DNA of 46,105 bases. Source: an uncultured Pirellulales bacterium. Lineage in GTDB: Bacteria > Planctomycetota > Phycisphaerae > Sedimentisphaerales > Anaerobacaceae. Every line of letters begins with the position of its first letter. Position 1 is the first letter of the stretch. The notes under the pieces were generated by a model. It worked only from the letters and a program-made list of their open reading frames with translations, ran no database searches and had not been told where the DNA came from. Below, in pieces: positions 8,829 to 17,447 of the stretch. The stretch covers positions 1 to 46,105 of the forward strand of contig CAYNVP010000001.1 of NCBI GenBank assembly GCA_964400665.1, given 5' to 3'. The position numbers and the translations under genes were made by a program.

Positions 8829-9659
8829 ATGCATAAATTGTGCCGCTACGTCCGATTTTCGATAAATCCTTTTCTGCCTGCCGATGAGCCGGGATTCAAT
8901 TCGTTTGCTTCGAAGCCGGCAGGCGTTGGTTTGTCTTTGTTCTTTGAGCTGGGCATTGAGCTGGCTGGTGCGGTTGACCCGGTTACCGGATTGATAGTCA
9001 ACGTCAGTGACATTGACGAAAAGGTGCGGCAATGCGCAGTCCCCGTTTTTGCCGAGAGGATAAGAGCGGGCTATCGAGCAGCCGGCCATATCAGCTATTG
9101 TGAGCTGGCGGAGATGCTTAAATCCGCCTGGGCCAAACTTGCCGACAAGTTCGGCAGGGCAAAGTTGAACAGGTTGAGCTTGAAGCTGAATCCTTTCAGA
9201 ACTTTGGCTGTGAGCTTGCCTGCCGGCAGGCAAGCTTCAGCGAAGGAGGATGGGCCGAATTGTGCGATGGTTTATTTCAGTGAAAAATTTGAATTTGCCG
9301 CGGCGCATAAGCTGTGGAACGAGCAGTTCAGCGAACAGCAGAATATTGATGCTTTCGGCAAATGTGCCAATCCCACAGGACACGGACACAACTATGTTGT
9401 CGAGGTGACGGTCAAGCACCCTGCCGGGCAGGACCTGCGGACAGGCGACTTTGAGAAAGTAGTCCACCAGGGGTTGATAAAGGTCGTTGACCACAAGAAC
9501 CTAAATGTTGATGTGCCGGAGTTTCAGCAGGCAAACCCTACGGTCGAGAATATCGCCGTCTTTGCCTGGAACAAGCTGGTCGGCAGGTTTGGTGCGGCGA
9601 CGCTTCACTGTGTTACTGTCTGGGAGACCGACAAAACCTACAGTTCTTATTATGGGTAG
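8829..9659 (+). CDS. 6-pyruvoyl-tetrahydropterin / 6-carboxy-tetrahydropterin synthase family protein with a tandem domain (degenerate N-half plus catalytic C-half)
   Basis: The C-half carries GKCANPTGHGHNY, VDHKNLNVDVPEF, TVENIAVFAW and VWETDKT. These closely parallel mammalian PTPS (GKCNNPNGHGHNY, LDHKNLDMDVPYF). The N-half keeps the fold-like VDPVTGLIVNVSDIDEKV segment but has no HGH zinc ligands. Confidence 0.8.
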   Translation: MHKLCRYVRFSINPFLPADEPGFNSFASKPAGVGLSLFFELGIELAGAVDPVTGLIVNVSDIDEKVRQCAVPVFAERIRAGYRAAGHISYCELAEMLKSAWAKLADKFGRAKLNRLSLKLNPFRTLAVSLPAGRQASAKEDGPNCAMVYFSEKFEFAAAHKLWNEQFSEQQNIDAFGKCANPTGHGHNYVVEVTVKHPAGQDLRTGDFEKVVHQGLIKVVDHKNLNVDVPEFQQANPTVENIAVFAWNKLVGRFGAATLHCVTVWETDKTYSSYYG

Positions 9660-10010
9660 CTGGTGTGGGTTTTCTCAACCAGCAGGCCCTATAAAAACGG
9701 CCTTTTCAATGGCGTCAAAGGCGATTTGGTTGTCTGAGGCGTGTTGCATATCGGCCAGTGAAATTCTGAACTAAGAGCGCAATTTTGGCGTATAGGATTC
9801 GGCTTTGAAGAGGGTTATTATGTTTTGTCATTCTAAAGCTATCTTCTTTATACGCCGATAGTTATGAATAAACAGGCATAACTTAATTTATACGATTTAT
9901 ATGGCAGGGATGCTACGGCTGTTTTTTGCGCACTCTACATATACCTTGTTTGTCCTGCGTAGCATTGGTGAGGCAGGCAGCGCAGCCGAAGGGGACGGAG
10001 TCTGCCTAAA

Positions 10011-10041
10011 ATTGATGATTGATTATTCACTATTGATTATT
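10011..10041 (+). promoter_or_regulatory. Three copies of ATTGAT(G/T)ATT upstream of the first polysaccharide gene, possibly an operator or promoter region
   Basis: ATTGATGATT at 10011-10020, ATTGATTATT at 10018-10027 and ATTGATTATT at 10032-10041, 40-70 nt upstream of the ATG at 10080. TTGATG-17 nt-GATTAT could serve as -35/-10. Confidence 0.3.
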
Positions 10042-10079
10042 TGCCTTTCGTCCTACTCAAAGTCCAACACTGGAGAGGT

Positions 10080-11045
10080 ATGAAAACATTGATTACCGGT
10101 GGCGCCGGTTTTATCGGCTCTCACCTTGTTGAACGGCTGGTCAAGAAGGGCCACAGTGTTGTTGTCGTCGATAACCTCAGCACGGGCAGTCTGGGTAATA
10201 TCGAACACATCAGAACTCGCCCCAGCTTCGAATTTGTTGAGGGCGACATTCGAGACGTCGGGCTGATGGAATCATTGACAGGTCGCTGCGAGGTGATTTT
10301 CCATCTGGCCGCGGCTGTCGGCGTTCAGCTGATAGCTGATGACCCCGTGCACACCGTAGAAACAAACATCGCCGGAACACAAGTGGTCCTTGAGGCCGCA
10401 AACAAGTTCAATCGCAGGATTCTGCTGGCTTCAAGCAGCGAGGTTTACGGCAAGAGCGAGCAAGTGCCCTTTCGTGAGGAAGACGACATTGTGCTCGGCA
10501 GCACCAGTATGCCGCGATGGGCTTACGCCTGCAGCAAGGCGGTAGATGAGTTTCTCGGCTTTGCGTTCCATCAGCAATACGGCCTTGGGGTTATCATCGG
10601 CAGATTCTTTAATACCATAGGCCCCAGGCAGACGGGAAGATACGGAATGGTTGTGCCCCGCTTTGTGCAAGCGGCCTTGCGGAATGAGCCGTTACGCATT
10701 TACGGGACGGGTAAGCAAACGCGGTGTTTCTGCTATGTTGAAGATGTGGTGGATGCGATTATCCGCCTGATGGAATGCAACGGGGCGACCGGCAGGGCGT
10801 TCAACATCGGCTCAGATGAAGAGATAACCATTGAGCAACTCGCCGACAAAATCATCGAAATTATAGAAAGCAAGAGCCGCAAGGAATTTGTCCCATACGA
10901 GGTTGCCTATGGCAGACCAATCGAAGATATGATGCGCCGCGTGCCCTGTCTTGAACGAATCAAGGAGACTATCGGCTGGCAGCCGAAGACCGGCCTGTCT
11001 CGCACTATAAAGTTAATAATTGAAAGCTGCAATCGTCGCGTATAA
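10080..11045 (+). CDS. NAD-dependent nucleotide-sugar epimerase/dehydratase (extended SDR)
   Basis: GGAGFIGSH Rossmann motif, YACSK catalytic Tyr-x3-Lys and SSSEVYG. The ATG at 10080 is preceded by GGAGAGG. The ORF opens at the TTG at 10041. Confidence 0.85.
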   Translation: MKTLITGGAGFIGSHLVERLVKKGHSVVVVDNLSTGSLGNIEHIRTRPSFEFVEGDIRDVGLMESLTGRCEVIFHLAAAVGVQLIADDPVHTVETNIAGTQVVLEAANKFNRRILLASSSEVYGKSEQVPFREEDDIVLGSTSMPRWAYACSKAVDEFLGFAFHQQYGLGVIIGRFFNTIGPRQTGRYGMVVPRFVQAALRNEPLRIYGTGKQTRCFCYVEDVVDAIIRLMECNGATGRAFNIGSDEEITIEQLADKIIEIIESKSRKEFVPYEVAYGRPIEDMMRRVPCLERIKETIGWQPKTGLSRTIKLIIESCNRRV

Positions 11046-11069
11046 ACTTATTTATTTGAACCAGGTTAT

Positions 11070-12047
11070 GTGAAAATGAAGAGATTTGTAATTATCGGAG
11101 TGGGTGGTTATATTGCCCCTCGACATCTGAAGGCCATCAAGGATACAGGTAACGTTCTTGTGGCTGCACTCGACAAGAACGACTCCGTGGGGATTTTGGA
11201 CTCATATTTTCCGAACGCAGATTTTTTTACTGAGTTTGAGAGATTCGACCGACACCTTGAGTTGTTGCGCCGAAGTGGAGCAGAGAAGGTTGATTATGTC
11301 TCGATATGTTCACCAAACTATCTTCATGATGCCCACGTCAGATTCGCGATGCGAATAGGTGCGGATGCAATCTGTGAGAAGCCGCTGGTCCTGAATCCGT
11401 GGAATGTCGCTGCCCTTGAGGAAATAGAGAACGAAACTGGGCGCCGAATCAACACGATTATGCAGCTGCGCCTGCATCACGCCATTGAAGTCCTCAAAAA
11501 GCAGGTGGACAGCGGACCCAAAAGTAAACTATACAATGTGGAGCTGACCTACATTACCTCTCGAGGCCACTGGTATCGTACATCGTGGAAAGGAGATACG
11601 AATAAATCAGGCGGTGTAGCAACCAATATCGGCGTTCACTTTTTCGATATTCTTACCTGGATTTTCGGAGACGTCAAGGCGAACATTGTGAACTTGCATC
11701 GCCCCACAAAGGCGTCAGGCGTCCTTGAACTTGAGCGTGCCCGTGTCAGATGGTTTCTGTCGCTGGACCAGGAAGACCTGCCGGAGAAGGTCAAGGCAAA
11801 GAACCTCAGGACTTATCGCTCTATCAAAATAGACGGGCAGGAGATAGAGTTTTCGGAGGGTTTTACCGAACCGCACACAAAAAGCTACGAACGTATCCTC
11901 GAGGGCCGGGGTTTCACAACAAAAGATGTTCTAAGTTCAATCAAAATCGTTTCTGAGATACGAAATGCCAAAGAGGTCGGGCTGCAGGGTGACTTCCATC
12001 CGATGCTCAAACAAACCAGAATTCCGCCCTCTAACACTTCAGATTAG
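11070..12047 (+). CDS. Gfo/Idh/MocA oxidoreductase, WbpB/WlbA-like nucleotide-sugar 3-dehydrogenase
   Basis: GVGGYIAPRH N-terminus, the ICEKPL motif and the context next to an LbH acetyltransferase and a DegT aminotransferase. An alternative start is the ATG at 11076. Confidence 0.75.
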   Translation: MKMKRFVIIGVGGYIAPRHLKAIKDTGNVLVAALDKNDSVGILDSYFPNADFFTEFERFDRHLELLRRSGAEKVDYVSICSPNYLHDAHVRFAMRIGADAICEKPLVLNPWNVAALEEIENETGRRINTIMQLRLHHAIEVLKKQVDSGPKSKLYNVELTYITSRGHWYRTSWKGDTNKSGGVATNIGVHFFDILTWIFGDVKANIVNLHRPTKASGVLELERARVRWFLSLDQEDLPEKVKAKNLRTYRSIKIDGQEIEFSEGFTEPHTKSYERILEGRGFTTKDVLSSIKIVSEIRNAKEVGLQGDFHPMLKQTRIPPSNTSD

Positions 12048-12077
12048 ATAAACTGGAAGAATAACAGAGTGATTTAG

Positions 12078-12776
12078 ATGCCTCAAGGCAAGCCGACAGA
12101 AAAAGGAAAACACAAGACAGCCGGTTACTTCGTACACGAAACAAGCGTAGTTGACGCTGGCGCACACATCGGCGAAGGAACAAAAATCTGGCATTTTTGC
12201 CACGTTATGTCGAACGTTCGAATAGGCCGAAAGTGCATCCTTGGTCAAAACGTATTTGTCGCCGATGGAGTCGTCATTGGAAACAATGTCAAAATTCAAA
12301 ACAATGTCTCGGTCTATACGGGCACGATGATTGAGGACGACGTTTTCCTGGGTTCCTCTTGTGTGCTGACGAATGTTACAAATCCGCGTTCTCAGGTGGT
12401 TCGTCACAATCTTTACGAGAAGACGGTGATAAGGCGTGGCGCCACGATAGGGGCCAATTCGACCATCGTGTGCGGGATTGAACTTGGACTATATTGTTTT
12501 ATAGCTGCAGGTGCAGTAGTTGTTAAAAATGTTGCTGATTACGCTTTGATGATGGGAGTTCCGGCCCGACAAGTCGGATGGATGAGCAGACACGCTATTC
12601 GATTGGGCAAGCCCGATGCAGACGGAATTATGATTTGTCCTGAGAGCGGCTATCGCTACAAGGAGATTGAGCCGGGTATCCTGAAGTGTCTCGATTTGGA
12701 TGAGGAAATGCCGCTGCCAATAGACAAGGCGAAAGGCCTCGTTTCATACGACGAGCTCAAGAAACAGACTAAATAA
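12078..12776 (+). CDS. Left-handed beta-helix (hexapeptide) N-acetyltransferase, WbpD/WlbB-like
   Basis: Consecutive hexapeptide repeats (IGEGTKIWHFCHVMSNVRIGRKCILGQNVFVADGVVIGNNVKIQNNVSV). Confidence 0.75.
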   Translation: MPQGKPTEKGKHKTAGYFVHETSVVDAGAHIGEGTKIWHFCHVMSNVRIGRKCILGQNVFVADGVVIGNNVKIQNNVSVYTGTMIEDDVFLGSSCVLTNVTNPRSQVVRHNLYEKTVIRRGATIGANSTIVCGIELGLYCFIAAGAVVVKNVADYALMMGVPARQVGWMSRHAIRLGKPDADGIMICPESGYRYKEIEPGILKCLDLDEEMPLPIDKAKGLVSYDELKKQTK

Positions 12777-12814
12777 GCACGCTTTGATAAACTCTGAATC
12801 GATTGGGAGGTGAA

Positions 12815-13915
12815 ATGCAAGTTCCTTTGCTGGACCTGAAGGCACAGTACGCGACGATAAGAAAAGAAGTAATGGCGGCAATATCAGAAGTGCTTGAGTC
12901 GCAATGCTGCATAGGGGGCCCAAAGGTGGTCGAGCTGGAGGCAAAGATTGCGGAGATAAGCGACTGCAAGTTCGCAGTCGGGGTCTCAAGCGGAACGGAT
13001 GCGATTTTGAATAGCTTAATGAGTTTGGAGATTGGAGCGGGAGACGAGGTAATCACCTCGCCATTTACGTTTTTTGCAACTGCTGGGTGCATCACCCGCG
13101 TCGGCGCAAAGCCGGTGTTTGTGGATATTGACCCGCTGACCTACAACATTAACGCTCAGCTTATCGAGTCCGCGGTCACCAAAAAAACCAAAGCCATAAT
13201 GCCGGTGCATCTTTTCGGGCAAATGGCGGATATGGACCCGATTATGGATGTCGCCAAAAAGCACGGGCTGGCTATAATCGAGGACGCCGCACAATCCATA
13301 ACCAGCACGTATAAAGGTAGAAAAGCTGGCAGCATAGGAACGGTCGGCTGCTTCAGCTTCTTCCCGAGCAAGAACCTCGGCGGCATCGGCGATGGCGGAA
13401 TGGTGGTCACCAATGACCAGAAGCTTTATGAGCGCCTGGTTATGATGCGTAATCACGGCCAGAATCCGAAATATTATCATAAGTATATCGGCGGCAACTT
13501 CCGTCTCGACCCCATCCAGGCCGCAGCACTGCTTGTAAAATTGCCCCACTTGGATGAGTGGTCGCAGGCCCGCCGACGAAACGCCACTTACTACGACAAA
13601 AAATTCGCAGGCACGGTTGTCAAGACGCCCTATATCAGCCCGGACTGCGTAAGCATTTACAACCAGTATGTCATCAGGGTTCCGAGACGCGACGAGTTGG
13701 TAAAGGCGCTCAAGGCCAAAAACATCGGCTGCGAAATATATTACCCTGTGCCGCTGCATTTGCAGGAGTGCTTCAAATATCTCGGCTGTAAAAAGGGCGA
13801 CTTCCCGCAGGCCGAAAAGGCAGCCGACGAGGTCTTGGTGCTGCCTATTTACCCTGAATTAACCGATGAGATGAAGGATTTCACAGCTGAAACAGTCCTG
13901 TCTTTTGTGAGTTGA
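12815..13915 (+). CDS. DegT/DnrJ/EryC1/StrS PLP-dependent sugar aminotransferase, WbpE/WlbC-like
   Basis: IIEDAAQS and FFPSKNLGGIGDGG (PLP lysine). The ATG at 12815 follows GGGAGG. The ORF opens at the TTG at 12803. Confidence 0.85.
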   Translation: MQVPLLDLKAQYATIRKEVMAAISEVLESQCCIGGPKVVELEAKIAEISDCKFAVGVSSGTDAILNSLMSLEIGAGDEVITSPFTFFATAGCITRVGAKPVFVDIDPLTYNINAQLIESAVTKKTKAIMPVHLFGQMADMDPIMDVAKKHGLAIIEDAAQSITSTYKGRKAGSIGTVGCFSFFPSKNLGGIGDGGMVVTNDQKLYERLVMMRNHGQNPKYYHKYIGGNFRLDPIQAAALLVKLPHLDEWSQARRRNATYYDKKFAGTVVKTPYISPDCVSIYNQYVIRVPRRDELVKALKAKNIGCEIYYPVPLHLQECFKYLGCKKGDFPQAEKAADEVLVLPIYPELTDEMKDFTAETVLSFVS

Positions 13916-13953
13916 CCGAACGCCTCTTTATTTTACTTGTTTCGCGCAGAATC

Positions 13954-15396
13954 ATGAGACCACGAGTATTGTTTATTCTGACTTTAATATTGCCTACGTT
14001 TTGTTATGCCTCTCGCGATATAGATTCCGTATCATTTCGTGGCGACGGCACTTTAATGGGAATGAGAATCGAGAGGGACTATGCCCAGAATGGAGCGTTT
14101 CTGGTTATTACCACAGGTGCTCGATATGAATATGTGCCGGGCGAACTGAAGATATATCAGGAGCTTGATAACGACATCGACCGACGTCTGGTCGCAACCT
14201 TGACTATTCGGGACGTAAACGAATTTGAGAAGGTCGAATCAAATTACGACCATGTTCTTTTGTGGTCAGAAAATCTGAATATAGGAATTTATGGGGACTC
14301 AACTTGCATACTTGCCCCTAAGAAGAATTTGGACATAAGCTTTAAAGGCAATTTCAAGCCCGATTATGAGGGACGGAATAAAGGAGAATTGCTTCTAATA
14401 GATGGGCTTGGGGGGGTTGAGATATACCCTCAACGTCATGAAACAGGATACCAAATCAAACGAATCGAACTGGGGAAAAAGAGCTGGGCTGCCGATTATG
14501 TACTCAATGCGAATGAACGAGTTATGATAGCCGCATTTCCCGGAAGGGAATTTGACTGGCCAAAGTCATTCAAATTGCACTGGACGGTTACAACAGGCCA
14601 AGGCAACACAAGACTTCATCCTTACGGTCAAATGCCCTAAAACCGGGACATAAAAAGATGAGCTGCCAAACTGAACATTATCGCCGTTCAACATAACGGA
14701 CTGTGGAAAACCGCAGACCCTTACGGGCCTTACATTGTAGGCAATCCGAAGGAGTTGAAACGGCTAATCAATACCGCACATGGTTATGGCATGAAGGTGG
14801 CTCTACATTGCTCTTTGTTCTATTTCTATCGCAAACACAAAGAGATTGAACCATTCTTCGAGCAGGTCAAGGCCGTACATGAGGAATACGGGACCGATGG
14901 AGTATACGTTGACGGGTTGATGTTCGACTCAGGCGAAAGAGGTATTTACGAAATAGATGACAAGATTGGCAACTGGGAGATGATGAGGCGCTTGAGGGCT
15001 CTTTTCGGAAAAGGCGGGGTGATTATTTATCATGGAACAAGTTTTGGCACTCCCGTCGCAACAGCACCTAATATTGATTCTTATTGTGATGCCACGCTGA
15101 ACGGAGAAGGCGTAAAAATCCAGTCAACAAATGACCCTTATCTGCGATATCAGGTGAGGAAGTACGGCATTTCAAACACTGTGGGATTTTGGGACCGTTA
15201 CCCGAAACAGCCGTCGTTTATGAGCGACAAGGACGTCATAGATATTATTCTGGAAATGAACTGTAGAGAATACTGGAACGGATACGCCTTCAATCGCGAG
15301 TTTGGACCCCAGGTCAGGTATTATTGGGAACGACTCGAAGAATCGAAACGGCTGCACTATTTAAATAAACCGGGACAAGAAAAGACGGGCGAATGA
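13954..15396 (+). pseudogene. Inactivated paralogue of the 18585-20057 gene, broken by two in-frame stop codons
   Basis: ORFs 13912-14640 and 14755-15396 are in the same frame. Together with the 114-nt linker they align without gaps to the whole 18585-20057 protein. Only TAA 14638-14640 and TGA 14659-14661 interrupt the alignment, and the TGA aligns with a Trp in the paralogue. Confidence 0.8.
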
Positions 15397-16916
15397 GACA
15401 ATCAAAGCAAATAATGGTAAACACCGTAACGAGCTGGGCAGGGATGTTCGCCAACGCAGCAATTCTGATTTTCCTAACCAAGTTTCTTTTGCACAGGTTG
15501 GGAACTGAATCCTATGGAATGTTCCGTTATGTTATAACAATCCTTGAGTTTCTTGTATTTCTGGACCTTGGGCTTGGCGCCACCCTGAATAGATTTGTGT
15601 CGCAGCTTACTACTTCGAAGGACTTGCCGAAGTTGAATTCTATCATATCCATGACCTTCTCCTTCTTTTTGGGTTCGGGGTTGATAGGAGGCGTTATCAT
15701 CTGCGGTTTGGGATTCGTACTGCCCGCCCTGGTTGAAGGGGGCACGCCGGAGATGTACAAGAGCGGCTTCTTTCTTATGTTATGTATGGCTGGAACATTT
15801 TCGGTTCGATTTTTCGGGTATGCACCGAGAGGGATTCTGTTTGGCTTGCAGCGATACGATATTGTGAACACTTTGCAGTGCGTGTGGGCAATTCTGCGTG
15901 CCGTTGCAATAGCGGTTTTTCTTCAGTTGGTAAAATCACTGGAGCTCGAGACCATTGGCCTCTGCTATTTTGGCACAGCCGTATTTGAAACCGCGAGCTT
16001 GTGGATCTTCTCAAAAAGAATATTTCCCAAGATGAAAATAGGATTTGGCAATATTAACAGGGATGTGGTTACTGAGGTTCTGAGTTTTAGTGTTTTTGTC
16101 ACGGTGCTTAGTTTGACAACGATGCTGATTGCCAATGCCCCCACATTTTTGGCCGGTAAGTTCTACGGCGCGGAAGCGGTTGCTTATCTGTCACTTCCCT
16201 TGTTGTTGCTGGGGCAGCTTCAGCGACTTTCGGGGGGGTTTGCTTTTACACTCATCCCCGTGGCAGGCAAATATTGCGCTGAAGCAAACAACCAGGTTCT
16301 AAAGGAGCTTATGGTCAGAGGCACAAAATTTTGTGCGATGATATGTTTTCCTATCGGCATTTTAGCTACGGTTTTTAGCTATCCTCTGTTTGAGTGGTTT
16401 AGACAGGGTTTTGGCTGGACTTGGGCGCTGCTCGCGATTTTGATGGTTCCCTATCTGTTTAGAACAACTCAGCGTGTATCGGCTTCAATCTTGATGGGGG
16501 CCGGGTCGGTTAAATGGCTTTCTGTTGCACAGATAGTTTCCACATTTTTAATCGGATTGCTATCGTGGTTGTTTGGGGTCTATTTTGACATGAAGCTGTA
16601 CGGTGTTGTTCTGGGAACAGGGATCCCAGTAATTGTTTTAAGTGCGATATTTCAACCAGCGCATGCTTGTCATCAAATAGGTCTGAATTGGCTGGATTAT
16701 CTGAATCGTTCGTATACCAAAGCATTCTTGTGGAGCGCTCCAGCCGCCTTGGCGGGCATATTACTGGTTCGATTTATTTACCCTTCCGGATTAATCATGA
16801 TTGTTTCTGAAGGTCTCGTATGCCTGCTCATTTTCGCCGTATGTGCATGGAAGTATATCCTTACTGATTCTGAGCGGGCACAGGTTATCGAGTTGGTTAA
16901 ATGGCGAAAAAAATGA
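15393..16916 (+). CDS. wzx: Polysaccharide flippase (Wzx-like, MOP superfamily)
   Basis: 507 aa with about 12-14 hydrophobic helices in the usual Wzx arrangement. The ATG overlaps the upstream stop (ATGA). Confidence 0.7.
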   Translation: MRQSKQIMVNTVTSWAGMFANAAILIFLTKFLLHRLGTESYGMFRYVITILEFLVFLDLGLGATLNRFVSQLTTSKDLPKLNSIISMTFSFFLGSGLIGGVIICGLGFVLPALVEGGTPEMYKSGFFLMLCMAGTFSVRFFGYAPRGILFGLQRYDIVNTLQCVWAILRAVAIAVFLQLVKSLELETIGLCYFGTAVFETASLWIFSKRIFPKMKIGFGNINRDVVTEVLSFSVFVTVLSLTTMLIANAPTFLAGKFYGAEAVAYLSLPLLLLGQLQRLSGGFAFTLIPVAGKYCAEANNQVLKELMVRGTKFCAMICFPIGILATVFSYPLFEWFRQGFGWTWALLAILMVPYLFRTTQRVSASILMGAGSVKWLSVAQIVSTFLIGLLSWLFGVYFDMKLYGVVLGTGIPVIVLSAIFQPAHACHQIGLNWLDYLNRSYTKAFLWSAPAALAGILLVRFIYPSGLIMIVSEGLVCLLIFAVCAWKYILTDSERAQVIELVKWRKK

Positions 16917-16992
16917 AAAGCTGAAGCCGATAAATGCGCGAAAAGTTATTAAAATTGATTCGGTTGGTTCAGAAAAGAGGTTTGTTATAAAA

Positions 16993-17307
16993 ATGGCAGA
17001 GTTGGAATCAAGCTTACATTTATATCAGCCCCCATTATATCGCGGGACGAAGGGTGAATGGAGGAAATCTTTTGTTGATGCGGTTAGTGATTGTGAGGGG
17101 AAAGTAACGTGGGATATTGCCGCGATATTAGGTATTTTGGGATTTACCTATGCCTGTGGCGATCGGACACTGGTTAACGAAGTAAAGCGCCGCCCCTGGC
17201 TGTCGAGAATTGGGGCTGATAAGGAGCCTGCTATCGAGGAAATTCCGATATACGGCCTTTCTGCAGGGGTATGTGCTGGGGTTTCGCTGTGGCTGATTCC
17301 TCATTAA
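16993..17307 (+). CDS. Orphan 104-aa ORF, possibly a gene remnant
   Basis: The ATG at 16993 lies just after wzx. ILGILGFTYACGDRTLVNEVKRRPWLSRIG loosely recalls the inter-domain region of asparagine-synthase-like enzymes. No complete domain is visible. Confidence 0.25.
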   Translation: MAELESSLHLYQPPLYRGTKGEWRKSFVDAVSDCEGKVTWDIAAILGILGFTYACGDRTLVNEVKRRPWLSRIGADKEPAIEEIPIYGLSAGVCAGVSLWLIPH

Positions 17308-17447
17308 GGGATGACGGGAGCAGCTTGGGCGCTTATTTCGTGTTATAGTTTTGGCTTATTGAGTTCTGCTGTTATTGTGGTCTTAGCAATTAAGGAAAAG
17401 AGCCATTCAATATACGCAAATTGAGATTTTAATTGTAGGAGAAACAT

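Noticed and set aside
9660-10079. Looked for an ops/JUMPStart element (GGCGGTAG), a riboswitch-like structure or a tRNA in the long leader. Noted an 8-bp inverted repeat GGCGTATA (9786-9793) / TATACGCC (9849-9856).
   Set aside because: There is no ops match and no conserved riboswitch core that I recognise. The inverted repeat has a roughly 55-nt AT-rich spacer with no supporting secondary pairing.
9901-10083. 60-aa ORF in the leader of the polysaccharide locus.
   Set aside because: It has no RBS, odd composition and no recognisable motif. It overlaps the repeat and promoter-like region and the start of the SDR gene. It is more likely non-coding leader.
14638-14661. Possibility that the TAA and TGA inside the 13954-15396 reading frame reflect an alternative genetic code or programmed readthrough.
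   Set aside because: TGA and TAA both terminate many well-supported genes in this same window at the expected protein ends (for example TGA for wzx at 16914-16916, TAA for prfB). A reassigned code is therefore untenable. Two different stops 18 nt apart fit decay better than recoding. Sequencing error cannot be excluded.
16801-16992. N-terminal extension of the 16801-17307 ORF overlapping the end of wzx.
   Set aside because: The extension is read out of frame through the wzx C-terminal helices. Only the part after the ATG at 16993 is outside wzx.
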